DNA from: the human T2T-CHM13v2.0 reference genome, Homo sapiens
DNA length: 64,000 nt
Reading direction: 5' to 3' (one strand)
NCBI RefSeq assembly: GCF_009914755.1
Contig: NC_060926.1
Below, piece by piece: positions 38,546 to 52,360 of the stretch; positions within the stretch are counted from its first letter, which is position 1; each line of letters begins with the position of its first letter. A program made the position numbers and the translations under genes. The notes under the pieces were generated by a model, which was given only the letters and a program-made list of their open reading frames with translations, ran no database searches and was not told the origin of the DNA.

Positions 38546-40577
38546 CATAAAGCTTGGAGACACTATGGTGACTACTGTATTTTAAAACAAATATCCCCAT
38601 TTAAAAATATTCCACTTGGCTGGGTTGACAATATACAATAAATATGACTTTGCAATTTCTAATCGCAAACCTTTTAATTTCTTAATTAGCTGCCTATAAT
38701 TTGTTACATCCAATAGAAAGCAATAAGAGAGTAATTATTTTTTCTGCTTCTAATATTACTAGGAATATTTTTGCAAAACACAAAAATTTTTTGCAACTTT
38801 TTCCCTTTAAAGTTCTACTGAGCAGTTTACGGAATGGCACCCTGCCAAATGGTGATCCATTTTCTCAAAACATCGTTTGAGACCACGTTAACCATGCACA
38901 CTAAGCTTATCTACTGCATCATAGTACAGTCACATACTTCATGCAAAATTATGTTTGACATTAAGTTATAAACCCTTAACGTAATAATAAAAAAATAAAT
39001 AACCCTAAAAGCAAATTAAAAATATGTTTTCACTGGAGCAGGTTATTAGCGCACTGGAAACTTGATCTGTAGTAGTCAATCCATGGGCATGCTTCCATTT
39101 CTGGAGGGGTTTGAAATTTCTCTCTGTGCAGAGAAAAATCCCTAATTCATGAGAGGAAAATTAGCTAATAAAATAATTTTTTCCTCCTGAACTGCTCTGT
39201 TGATGAAAACATGTCCACTGCAATCATAGAAATGAGTGACTTTTCAAATAAAGTAGTTGGTGTTGCCATAAACAGAAGGATGGTAAGCCATTGCTTTTCT
39301 TTGCCAAGGGAAAGAGTAGCCAGCTGTGTCTAGCTTTTTTTTTCTACTGCAATATTTATATAAATAGGCATTTTTTTGGGACTGGAGTAGTCCAAATGAG
39401 AGGCCATCTAAGAGAGTCTGAGTTTCCTCTGAGTTTGTGCATTCTGAAGCCTCAGTCCTTAGTAAAAAATTTTCTAAAAATCCAGGAAAACAAAAAAGAA
39501 AACCCTTAAAATGATGAAAAAAAAACAACTTCTACTTGATTACACCTGGTATTTCAACCATTGTGACTATTACCATGTCCCAAGTAGTTTTCTCATTTGT
39601 TGACACACCTGCAAATTATAGAGTTAGATTGTGATGGTGTTTAGTGAGTCCTAGGTTCTGATATGCAAATCCAGAAATTTATATTCTGGTTAAAGCACAT
39701 TAATTCATTGCAGTCCTGGCTGCCCTTAAGCTGAGATTAAATTATTGCATAGGTATCTCCCATGATGAACCACAGTAACAACCATGCAATAATGACAAAA
39801 TTTACGTCCAACTTATTTATTTACATGATTTTTCATTTGTTTTCATATGAGCAAAATGTTTGTCCTAGCTTACTTGTAGTAAAAATTAGTATTACTGTTC
39901 TCATAGTTAAAATATATTTTAATATCTATATAAATGTTGTATTCTTTTATAATGGGTATATTTAATGTAATGATAAGTAAAGTCCACGAATCAGACAGAC
40001 TGGGTCTGTGAGGCAGATACAAGAGTACATTTTACCCAAGATAACATTTCAAAATGATTGCCAGGTAACCTGCAAAATTGTAATGTGTTGTGCTGCCAAA
40101 TTCATTTTAGCATTGGGAATTAATTTTCTAACGTGTTTTTGGAAGAGGTGAATTAATTATTGCAGGCAATGTGATATCTTTGGAAGTTTGAAGTTAGACA
40201 GTGATTCAGATGAACATGGAATCAGTAATATAATTGGACTCAGTTCCTTTATCTTTCAAGGGCTCTTTTACATGACAACACAATATACACACTGCTCCAA
40301 GGGATACCTTTGGCACTTCTACAATTCCAATTTCTTTCCACACTCTCATTCATTGTTGATTCTTGGAACCTATGCAGGATAGAGGGGGATGGAGCACAGC
40401 TCTGTGTCCGTCTGCCTTCTTCAAGCAAGCTTCAAAGTCTCTTGTTTGTTCAAAGAGCATTTGGAAAAGTTTTTCCAGAGAGAGCAATTGCTCTTCTTAG
40501 CTGGGAATGAAAAGCTTTGCTAGGCATTTCAGTGGGATTCCTGGCCCAAAAGGGGTCTGAAGGTGAACGGTACTCAC

Positions 40578-40792
40578 CGGCGTGCTGGGATTGATCACGC
40601 ACAGTCTCGTGGAGGAGTTGCACATTTAGGCTTGCCATGTGCCACGACATTCAACCAGGAGCTTGAGGCAGAATCAGGGGGTTTAAATCTGCTCTCACAG
40701 ATGAGTTTAGAATGCTGTCAAGTAATACATGTTTGCTCTTGATATCAGAGATCCAAAAGACTATTTCAGCGGTGGAAAGAAGTCTCAGGCCC
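40578..40792 (-). other. Candidate 215-nt spliced exon (probably non-coding or 5' UTR)
   Basis: On the minus strand: branch-like GCTAAT, then CATTTTATTCTTTTCTAG|GGG acceptor, and a CCG|GTGAGTA donor. CpGs are locally retained. Confidence 0.5.
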
Positions 40793-43459
40793 CTAGAAAA
40801 GAATAAAATGACATTAGCTTTTAAGGCAGTGTTAATCTGTCTCTGCTGGCAGTTACATTTCCTCAGTGTTTCCCTCCTTGCCTCAGTTTTTTCGTGTTTT
40901 TTTCCCACTAACAAATTATTTTCAGAGCAGAACTAGATCAGTAAACATATCGTATTAAAGTTTATCTGGTAATAATTGCTAAGAGGTTCACATTCTGTCA
41001 TAAGTTTCTTTTTGTTTCCTCCTCTTTTCATATTAATGGGTGTAAAAGGAACTTCAGCTGGTAAGGCAGTGATCACAAAAAAAAAAGTAGTAGCTTAAAT
41101 AGTGCAGATGGTTTTTTTGTGGGGGTCAACAGGCTTCCTCAGCTGCAAGTCCACGCTGTCAAAGGCTCATTGGTTATGAGTTAGCTGCGCTTATATTTTG
41201 GCCTTGGAGTTCCAGATTGAACATCTCTCCTCTGGCTGAGTTTTATTACCATGTAATAAAATAAAATCCAAGGTACTTAAACTCTTTTTAATGAGGACTA
41301 CCAAAATATTTTTAAAGTTATCCTGTGGCTCTCCCTTTGTCCTGTCCATATTTTAATGAGACATGGAGAAAAAAAGAAAGAACGTTTCGACAAAGTCTAT
41401 GTAACATTAATATAATGATGGGGGCATAAAAATTCCAGTAGACAGTCATTTTGTTTGTTTGAATGTGAAAGAAAATGACCAGGATTTTCTTTTTTCCTGC
41501 TGAATTGATTAGATTAACTAGGAAACACCTAGGCAAACAGCCTCAGAATTAAGGCAGTTACAGCTGGTTTCAAAAAGAAAACAAGATGACTTGCGTGCCA
41601 CTTCTCTAGTTGCCCTTTTCTTTTCATTTACCTTAACTGTTTGTTTATTTTAATCTTGAATGTGGACCCCAACATTCTGTTAAAACAATAAGCAAACAAC
41701 AAACCCAAATTGGCGCTTCTATTATAGTATTTTTTTTAAAGATTGTTTTTTTCAAACTGAGGAACTGACATTTTAAAGTGTAAGACTAAATTTATCTAGA
41801 ACACAAGGTTCGAATGTGTTTTGCTGATATACTGACAAAACTATTGAATATATGTACAGAGAACCATAATGCTCATTTAAAAAGGACTGTAAGCAGCAAG
41901 TTTCTTTTTTGTTTATATCACTTTGACTATTTGACTACGTGGTTAATATTCTGTTGTAGTCTTCCTTTCTGCTATGAAAATAAAATAGACAACTAGAGCA
42001 ATACCATGGCTAAATCACGGTAAAATTACTGCAACTGAATTGTTGAAGTGAATTTTTTTTTAATGACTTACTCTTGACTTTTTCAATGAGAAGCAATATG
42101 GTCTTCTCTTCAGGCATTCTGCATGTAGTTATTTGAAGTTGCACTAATTCTGTATCAGATAAAGAAAATTACACATATCTTCCCTAACCAACACACACAG
42201 CAGAGCACACTGGCTATGTCTCTTGCTAGCATATGGTGTTCATCATTAGCAGTAGCGGCAGCAGCCACCTCTTTTAGTTCACTGGTGGAAAATAGAGCTC
42301 CAACTCAAATCTCTGTCTGCTCGCCATAGCTCTTTCCAGTTAAATTGGTACCACAATCTGTATGGTTTCACCACTCCATTGGCAGTTTAATATAAACATC
42401 TGTTTCCAGTCTTTTATATCCTATCTGAGATTTATTCAGTCCCTCTGAGTTATCTGTCCTTTTCTCCTTCCCCATTTATTTCCCTTGACTTAGAAATGAT
42501 ATTATATTTTCCAATATTTCCTTGATCTTTTGCTCAGATGTGTGAATCATTAAATGTATTTAATTATCTTTTTTCTTTTCTTCTAAGCCTGTACTGTTTG
42601 TTTATAATCTCTTCTAGCCTTATGCATTATTAAGCTCTTTACCCTCACAGTTCAACTTTCCTTGAAAAAAGTAATGCGACTCCAGGTTTCTACGATGGAG
42701 GTCATTATTTCATTGTGATTGGCATCAAGATCAAACTGTGAAGAATCTGATTCAAGTTAATTGATTTTGTCTACTCTCCATCCATATTTTGCATTTACCA
42801 CTGTAAAATGCAAAGATCTGAAGATTCTGGTGCTCAGGATTCATATTATTCTACTTTCTCTTTCATTAAATTTGTAATGTTGGAAAGTAAGGGTATTTCC
42901 TGAGAGGTAATAATCTCTGGTAGAAGCAGAGACCCTGAATCAAAGACAGTGGAGTCTTTTAATTCAACTGTTGGTTAAATGTCAGGAAATGTCCGGCCCA
43001 GAGGTCATTATTATTAAGTCAAATAGAACACTTTTATTTTCCTATCTCCTTTTTATTTTGGAAGCTGTTCATAAAGATTGATGCTGTGTAAGTCGCTAAC
43101 TACAGGGAAATGGTGGAATTCTGTAAACAATTGGCAAGCAGAACTTTGTTCTTATTGTCCCATTAAGCTTAATATGAGGTGTTAAATTTAATGAAATGTG
43201 GTGAGTGAAGTGTTATTTTCCTATTGGTTACTGTAACAGTCATTAACAAGTAGGACACGACTAGTACTGAAAATAGAATACTGTATCCATGACAACATAG
43301 AGTTCAGCTTTTCCGTTTTCAGCAAATAGGGCAGCAATTACTTAATATTTCCTTGATTTATTAATTTCCTTATAAGTGGGAGTAACAAGAAGACTCTTGA
43401 ACTGGGGATTTAATAATCCAAATTAGCCAAAGTTTTTTTGCTACATCATGTATGTAATT

Positions 43460-43578
43460 AGTCAATCATTTACATGTTCCCATGAACATTTGTTGAGATT
43501 CTAATGTATGGTAGACACTAAACATACAGAAATAAGTGAGACGTAGTTCCTGCCTACAAGTTGTTCATGGTCTAATTT
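43460..43578 (-). mobile_element. L2 3' end
   Basis: AACATTTGTTGAGATTCTAATGTATGGTAGACACT...GTTCCTGCCTACAAG. Confidence 0.6.
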
Positions 43579-43581
43579 ATG

Positions 43582-43730
43582 CTGTGGTTTGCAAAGTGGT
43601 ATCACCAGACAAGCAGCATGGGCATCACTGGGAGCTTGAGAGAAGTGCAGGTTTTCTGAGCCCATTCTGGACCTGCTCCATCAGACACATCGGGGTGAGG
43701 CCCACTGACCTGTGTTTGAGAACCACCAGT
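43582..43730. mobile_element. MER5A
   Basis: GTGGTTTGCAAAGTGG...GCAGCATGGGCATCACTGGGAGCTTGAGAGAAGTGCAG...TGACCTGTGTTT. Confidence 0.75.
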
Positions 43731-44827
43731 TGAGTGGAGAAATTAAACTCTTTTCAACTAATATCTTGCTTAATGTTCAAAATGAATATAAAAGAAGATA
43801 CTTTCATTTAAGAGAGTTGTAATTCTTTCAGAGGTTCCACAGATATTTATTCTTTAGGTTTTTGGGCAAGAAACATAGGCCATGGACTAACTACACATGA
43901 TTTACTAAAGCTTAAGGAAATAAAAATATTCCTAATGGAACCCTTACAAATTCCATGAGTCTTTGTTTTATCTCCTTAGTGAACGCATTGTCTCATGAAT
44001 AGTAAAGAACCATCCTTAAAATAGAATTGCATAAGATACTTGAAGGAAGGACCACTGTTCTATTTATTTTACAGTCCTCGGTCTACCACAATGCTAGACA
44101 GATAAATGTTCCATAAATGCCCAGCCCACATATGGATTTAAACCCTGAAAAAGATTATTTAACCTCTCCACTTATATTTTTTCTTTTACAAAATGAGAGT
44201 GGAATTAAACATTGGGAGATAGGATGCTATCTCATGTCTCTTCCAATCTGAATATTTTATTATTCTATCTTTGGAAGTCTGTGTTTATTAATAAAGAGCT
44301 CTCTCTCTCTCTCACACACACGTGTATATAACTGATTTTACCTCATGTATTTATCCCCCCTATTGCTTATTAAATCTTGATTCTTAGTACAATTATATCT
44401 TGGTTTTTCAGTACACTCATGGCCTTGAATCTTCATCCACTCAGAGCTCCATGTGTATTCTTCCAAGCCATTGCTCTATACCCGGAACCGCCTTTTCTTG
44501 AACACACCACAGGATACCTCACCCATCTGTTCTGTGAAGCATTCCAATGACAATAACCACCTACCATTTTGTGCTATTATACAGTTATCTCCTTCCCCTT
44601 CATCCTGTTGGTATTGTGTATATTACTTAAGATGAGCACTCTAGTTCTTTATTTGCTTGTAAATTATAAGTGGTGGTGTGGTTTATAAACTCATGAAAAT
44701 TATATTTCACTTGGGATGAAACTGGTAGAACCATTTATAATAACATCATGTTGTTATGTGGTATATATATTATATATAGGTATATATATACACCAATATG
44801 AAGAGTGAATTACATTGTAGGTAGGGT

Positions 44828-44985
44828 AATAGATTAGCTCAATTGTTTAGTATAACGTCAAGCTATTTGTGGTTCAGGTGTGAGCCCCATAGGACTAGTT
44901 ACCTTACTATTTGCTATAGTTGAAAACTATAGCTCTACAATAAGCGGCTGTTTTAAGATGAAGATGGTGTTACACGTAGTATGGC
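44828..44985 (+). mobile_element. Ancient tRNA-derived SINE (MamSINE1-like)
   Basis: A-box-like GATTAGCTCAATTGTTTAG, a degenerate B-box region, then CTAGTTACCTTACT. Confidence 0.45.
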
Positions 44986-45004
44986 AGAGACAGAGTGATA
45001 TACT

Positions 45005-45220
45005 CTAAGGAACATTGTTCAGCTAATCAGACCTGGGTTCAAATTCCATCACCACTGTTTACTTGCTGTGTGCTTCCAAACAAACCCTGTAAATCTGTTT
45101 TCTAAAATAAAAAGTTATGAACACATAATCTCATGTTTTGGGATTGCTATGAAGGTTAAATAAAGTAAGGAATATTCGGGACAATCTATCACAGGGCCTG
45201 ACACAAACTAGTTCAACATA
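45005..45220 (+). mobile_element. MIR SINE
   Basis: TCAGACCTGGGTTCAAATTCC...TACTTGCTGTGTG...GGATTGCTATGAAGGTTAAATAA...GGGCCTGACACA. Confidence 0.75.
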
Positions 45221-45269
45221 TGTCTTTGTCTGTAATCTAAATCTCTACCAAGAAATTTAAAAACTCGAA

Positions 45270-47200
45270 TTGCTCCATGTGAATTTTACCCCAAGCTCTT
45301 GGTTTCAACATGCTGAAAAATTAACTCATTTTCCTCCCAAACCTCTTTCTCCTGTATTCTGTCATTGGATGAATGGCATTTCTACTCACACATTACATAT
45401 CCAACCAAGCATTAATACCAAATGGTTTTTGCCTCTCATATTCATCCCTACAGTTAATTCCTTAATGAAGACTCAAAACACCTGCTTGGATCACAGTATA
45501 GTCTCTAAATCAGCCTCCCAGTTCTCACTCTAGGATGATGCAATTCATATTTCTTACACTGCTACCAGGGGTTGTTTTAAAATAAGAATCTTGATTGTAT
45601 TATTCTCCTGTTTTAAACCATTCAGTGGTTATAACATTTTTAGATAAAAATGCGAACTTTCTGGCATGATATTATACACAATGCTCTCTTTAGTTTCAAA
45701 GATAACTATCCTTTCTCATACACTCTGACCTCTCTTGTTACTACCAAATATTTTACTATAGTTACCCTGAATAAATTACGTTTTGTCTTAATTTGGATTC
45801 TACTGAAAGCAGAGCCTGAGGCAAGGACTTGGTGGCAGGGAGTACATTTGGGTGGGTATATAAGGAAGTAGGACCAGAGATACAGGGTGTGTTTTTGTTA
45901 GCATGTGTTTTTGAAGTCCCTATAATGGGCAATAAGCCGTCATTCCTTGAAACATCTGAGAAACCTATAATACTCCCAGAATTGTCAGAAGGACAGAGGG
46001 CTGAGTCATTGATCCACCATTTCCTGTGCCTCACTGGTTGGTTGAAGAATGCCTTTGGCTGCATTTGTGCAGGAGCTAAATGGGCTTCCTGAGAAGTCCT
46101 TGAAATGGGAAATGCTTGAAGGGGATGCTAGCTCTGAGTTTGCACAGTACTGTGCAGCTATAGCAGAAATCACAGATGAGCCAAGGAACATGACACTGGG
46201 GGTCAGAGAGGGGGCTCCATTGTGCTCTGCCGCTGTGCTTTTGCATGAATAATTCTCATGTACCTAAAAAGTCTTCATTGCTGCTTCTTTTTCAAGTTTA
46301 TATCGTTTACTCATACTTATCCTTCTCCTGGGATTTTTTTCCCCTGATCACAAGTATTATCTGAAAGTAATTCTTCTCTACATCCACATTATTTAGGATG
46401 CAGTGCTGCACCATCCACATATCACAATAAATGGCACTTGTTGTCTTACTTTTGTCCCTAGAATAAAAAGCACATTGAGTATGGGAAATGCTTGTCTTTC
46501 CTCTGGTTCATAGGACAATCAATGCCTGGATATTCTAGGACTCGAATCAGTGTTTGTTGGATAAATGAGGGCATACATGAATAGGAGAAAAATCTCCCAG
46601 TAATCATTTTAAAATGACATTTTTATCATGTCATCTCTCTCATCAAAATTATCACTGACTCTACCCTCTCTACATGTAATGGCTAAATTATTTAACTTGG
46701 CTTCTCATGTCTATGATATAATCCCAAACTGCTTTTCTAACCTGACTGACCATTTCTCTCATTTTTTAATCTTTCACTCCAGCCATGCCACTCATTGTCC
46801 TTTACGTAGTCTCCTAAGTCTCCATCCTCATGTCTTGGCCACACTCTTCTGTATTTTAAAAAAATGTATATCTGATTCTTACACATATTTTGAGGTGTAG
46901 TTGTTAAATCATCTTTTCCTAAAAGGAAAAAAAAAAAAACATTTCTCTGACAATTAGCCTGTAGTGGTCATTTTCTCTTCTTTGAATTCCTGCATATTTT
47001 ATTGTTTCAATGGGTATGAATGGCAGTGCCATGTGTATGGTGTATGTTTTCTGCATGCATTACCTCTCTTCAGTTAGACTCTTATGTTCTTTGAGATCAG
47101 GTTCTCTGTCTTGTACATACTTTCGGATGAGGTTGTAATTCTTAGTGTCTAATCTAGTGCCCAGATGGATTCTGGCATACATTGCAAGCTCAGTGTTTTT
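45270..47200 (+). mobile_element. Cluster of L2 fragments, interrupted by an LTR
   Basis: L2 motifs at 45300-45700 (CTCCTGTTTTAAACCATTCAGTGG), 46400-46590 and 46610-47195 (TTAGACTCTTATGTTCTTTGAGATCAGG...TCTGGCATACATTGCAAGCTCAG). Confidence 0.55.
45784..46215. mobile_element. Old ERVL-class LTR (LTR33/LTR40/LTR67 group)
   Basis: Start TGTCTTAATTTGGATTCTACTGAAAGCAGAGCCTGAGGCAAGGACTTGG is typical of this group. Confidence 0.55.
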
Positions 47201-49857
47201 TCTTTATGGACAAACTGTTTAGATGTTTACTTTCATATCAGTGATTTCAACACCACCTGTAATTCTGGATACCAGAGTAGAACTGCATGTTATAAAGAAC
47301 AACAGCATTGACCTGACTGATTGGGGCAAAGCAGATAAACATTTGCTTAAAACTTGAGCAAGGGGAGAGGAAGAATTGTTTAGAAGTGGAAGTGTTAAAA
47401 AAAAAAAAGGAAATTATAGAGAGGGATTATCGATTATCTAACAAAGCAATTCAAGAATATCTACTAGAACAATGGAAATTTGCCAAATATAAAAATAACC
47501 AGAGAATGTAAGTTCACTTTTGAAACAATTAAAACCACACTGATATTCCTAATCTGATCTTTATTTTTTATAAACATTTGTTTGACTTTATAATGTTTTA
47601 GTGAGGGAAAGTGAGGTATGGTTGAATGATCTTAAATATACCTAGCTATTAATTATGACTATTTCATTTTATAAATTACTAATATTTAAAAGATGTGGCT
47701 GTTCTTTTCCATTTATTTGTCGAAAGTCTTGAGCTTCAAGAGATATGGCCTTTTAATTTGGGAAGAATTTAAAAAATTGGAAAGAGGGACTTTTTTATTT
47801 TTGTTTTTTGTAGAGGAGAACTGGGAGGCTGAGGATTGGAGATGGGATGCAGATTTTCACTGTAGTACCTTTTCTAAAAAACATTAAAAACCCACTACTA
47901 TGTATTATTTAATAAAAAATACAAAATATTGAAAAATATCTTCCTTGATTTTAATTCTTTCAATAAATGAAGCATGAATATGGAGCATGACAATATTGGC
48001 ACGTTAACTTTTTGCTCTGTGTGAGTATCATTTAATATTGGACCAATTACAAAATACGGAAATTATACACGTTTAAATAGACATTGGTTAAATCAATCAA
48101 TGAAGCTGAACTAAGAGACTACATTGAATGATAGGAAAATCATTTGTTAACATTTAATGAATTGAACAGATAGACCTTTGTTTAAGTGATATTTATAAGC
48201 TTTGATTATAATAGAATTCAGACTTCCCAGCACAATATTGTTTTCAGGTTAATTCTGTGGGTTTACTTTTTAAAAATGTGATTAATTTAAGCAGGAGGTT
48301 TGCTTATTGTGTGATAGAAAAAGAAAAAAGAAAGGATTAAGAACAGTCTCTCCCTCCCCCCACTTGGCTACCTTCCTTCTAATTCTTCCAACATTAATAC
48401 AATGTTGCTGACGATGTTATGTTGTTACTAGGTTGTGTCAAATCAAGAGAATAATTGGACATTAAGATTCATCTCTGAATACATTAATTAGATGATTTCT
48501 TTATTTCTGTCTTAAGTTACTAATGATTTCCTCTCCATAACTGGGGAAACTCTGTAAGAACTCATTATCCTTTTGGGATTCTATAGCTACTTTAAGATGA
48601 TTTTTGGTAACAGTAGACTGTATATTAAGTTCCCAAAATTAAAATTTCAAATAGCAAGGGTACTATTTAGATCTAAAATGTGTGCCCTTCAGGGAGTTAT
48701 TTCTTTTCAGATGAAATATGTTCTATGACAATGGTACCTATGGAGAGACATGAGGACCCCATGAATACTAATATGTTCATCAAGATGATTGTTGATAAGG
48801 CACATTTTCTCTAAATGCTGAGATTCTGCAAATATCTCCTCTACAAGTGGAAAACATGGCCATAATTCTCAGCTCAGAGATGATGTGCCTTACTGCACTA
48901 GCAACTCATTGCGAGTAGGTTATCAATTTTTCTGTGTTCCTAGTGCCTTGCCTAGTGCAGATTATAAGAGACACTCAGTAAATATGTTATTAGCTAATTA
49001 ATAAAATAACCAAACCTCTCAGAGTACACAGATGCTAAGCTAGAAATTATCTGAGGATTACTCCTGTTGTAATATTCTGTGAACTTTGCATAGGTATGAT
49101 TTTGTAGGTGGTAAAACTTTACAAAATATTTCATCAAAATATCTCAAATTGTTATAATTTGATGACATATTCCATAAAGTTACACTTCAAAATGATAAGA
49201 AATTAATCAGATACTTTATATTCTTCAATACATCAATACATATGGCTAAAATTCACCAAATCTTAATGCCAGGGAACATGAATGGGGGTGATGAGTTAAA
49301 GAATTACCAATATGGAGTTCAGGGCTGGTAATGCCGGGGAGGAACTCCAAAGAAAAACTCAGCTTCATTCACTATTTAGTCCTTAAAGCACTATTTTTCC
49401 CTGCCACCTTTTGCCCAGTATGCTTCGGTGCCATCTTCTCTTTGACACAATGGATATTATTCCAAAATCTTTAGTGTAAATCAAATTTTTATAAATTAGA
49501 CCACAGCATTCAGTAGAGTTGCTGTACTATAGCACATACTGTGTTCCAGGCTATGCAGGTAGGGCCAGATCTTGTCCTCACAGATCTATAATCCAGTGAG
49601 AGAAACACACAGACACATAAATGATAATAACATGAGACAGAGTACCACTGAGAGGAAGAGAAGAAGCATTCTGCCTGGGCCTAGCATGGAATGCTGTAGG
49701 TAAAGGTGCCCTGTGAAATGCCCTAGGGCTCAACAACAAAATGAAGTAGGTTACGAATGCTCTTCAAAGTTCTTTTGTTTTCAAATAATACATCCTGAAA
49801 TGTATCAGTAATGTATTTAAGTTTTCTATATGCTTACTTTTTTTTTTTGGGTAATAG

Positions 49858-49906
49858 GTTTTGCCAAAGAACTGAAATCAAATGACTCTTTAAAATTGGT
49901 AACGCG
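49858..49906 (+). other. Candidate 49-nt exon
   Basis: T-run followed by GGGTAATAG|G acceptor, and a GCG|GTAAGT donor. Confidence 0.3.
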
Positions 49907-50501
49907 GTAAGTTCTTTTACTGCCTCCACTCGCTGCTGCCCACATAGAATTGTTTGTGCTCCTGAAAGCTGCCAAATGTACTTTCAATTTTTATATAACT
50001 GTTATAGGTAAAGGCAGGATTATGGATTTCTTTCAGTGCCTTCCTTGAATTGACAATCAGTATCCCTCTTTGGCAAGGAGATGGAGTTGTTGCTTTTCTG
50101 TTCATTGTAAGTTACAACCTTATAAGTGTTACAGTGATTTGTTAACAAGCAGAAGCGATTCTAATATTTTGATTTTAATCTTGCTCCATTCTGTTGTTTT
50201 ACCTGCTTAGTTTGGCTAATGAAAATGACATGCTACAATAACTCAAGGCAGGCTAAAATTGAACTACTGGATGAATTCTTTTGACAAAATTGTTGACTAT
50301 ATATTATATTCTAGGCCTTATGTAGAACTCTGAAAATAGAGATAAGGACCAAAACAAACTCAGTTCCTGCTCTAAGAATGAGGTTTAAGGTCTGTTAGGG
50401 AAGACACACGTTAATCAGATAATCACACAATAAATGTAGACTGACAGATTTAGGTAGTAATAATAATAGCACTAGAGCCATAAAGCTCAATTGAATGGTT
50501 T

Positions 50502-50504
<3 letters not shown>

Positions 50505-50553
<49 letters not shown>

Positions 50554-50554
50554 T
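50505..50554. repeat. (GT)n microsatellite
   Basis: 21 perfect GT units followed by ATGTGTGT. Confidence 0.98.
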
Positions 50555-51429
50555 TCTCATGTGATCATATTAACTTTTATGAAGGATTCTGTCTGCGGTG
50601 TAATTGGTATTGCCAACAGTGGATACGAGCAAACCAGTCAGGAAGTCCAGAAAAGACAGCAATGCTATTTTATACTAAACAGTAGTGACGATGAGAGAAG
50701 TAGACAGATGACCCAATTACTACTTCAGTAAAGGATTTAGAGGAATTTAAGCATTAATATTTATCAAGTGCCTATAATGTGCCAAATATTCTTTTAGGTA
50801 CTAAGCATACAAAAATGAATACATTAAAAATCCCTTTCCTTAGGAAGCTCTCTGTCTACTCTGACATTCCCAAGAATGGTCAACTATGCATTCATGTAAG
50901 AGAAGAGTAACACAAAGCAACTGATGTCAGGGGATTCGTATTCACTTACCCTTTTGACTTTGGGGTATAATATGTGACTTTTTGCTTTTAGAAATCCTTA
51001 AGAATCAACAGAAACAATGCATTTGAAAATACTCAAAATATAAACACAAATAGAATGTCATATTAATTTTCTTCTTTATAGCTTTCCAATTATACCTAGC
51101 ATAGGCTAATATTTAAATAGATTTTTGTTACTTGAGCACACAGAAATTGAGGAAGCCTCCAGAGCATGCTAACCAGTGACAAAACGATGTCCATTGAAAT
51201 TTGCTTTTGGTAACAAGAAGGTGATAGAAAAGCATTTGGATTACCAAATAACTTGTAGCAGTATCACCACTGCGGTACCTGCACTGCCTCTGTCCCCATC
51301 CCTCACAACTGAAATCAAACTAAAATGGATATATTAGATTAGTAGATTGCATCAACTAAGTTAGAAACAAATTAGAGTTGCTATTATTTTATGTGTTTGA
51401 ATTCAGGATTTTTGAAACCATCAAATCAT

Positions 51430-52360
<931 letters not shown>

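Noticed and set aside
44830-44900. tRNA gene
   Set aside because: Only an A-box-like motif is present, with no intact cloverleaf or B-box. A decayed tRNA-derived SINE fits better.
50491-50731. Cys/Val-repeat proteins
   Set aside because: These are translations of the (GT)n microsatellite.
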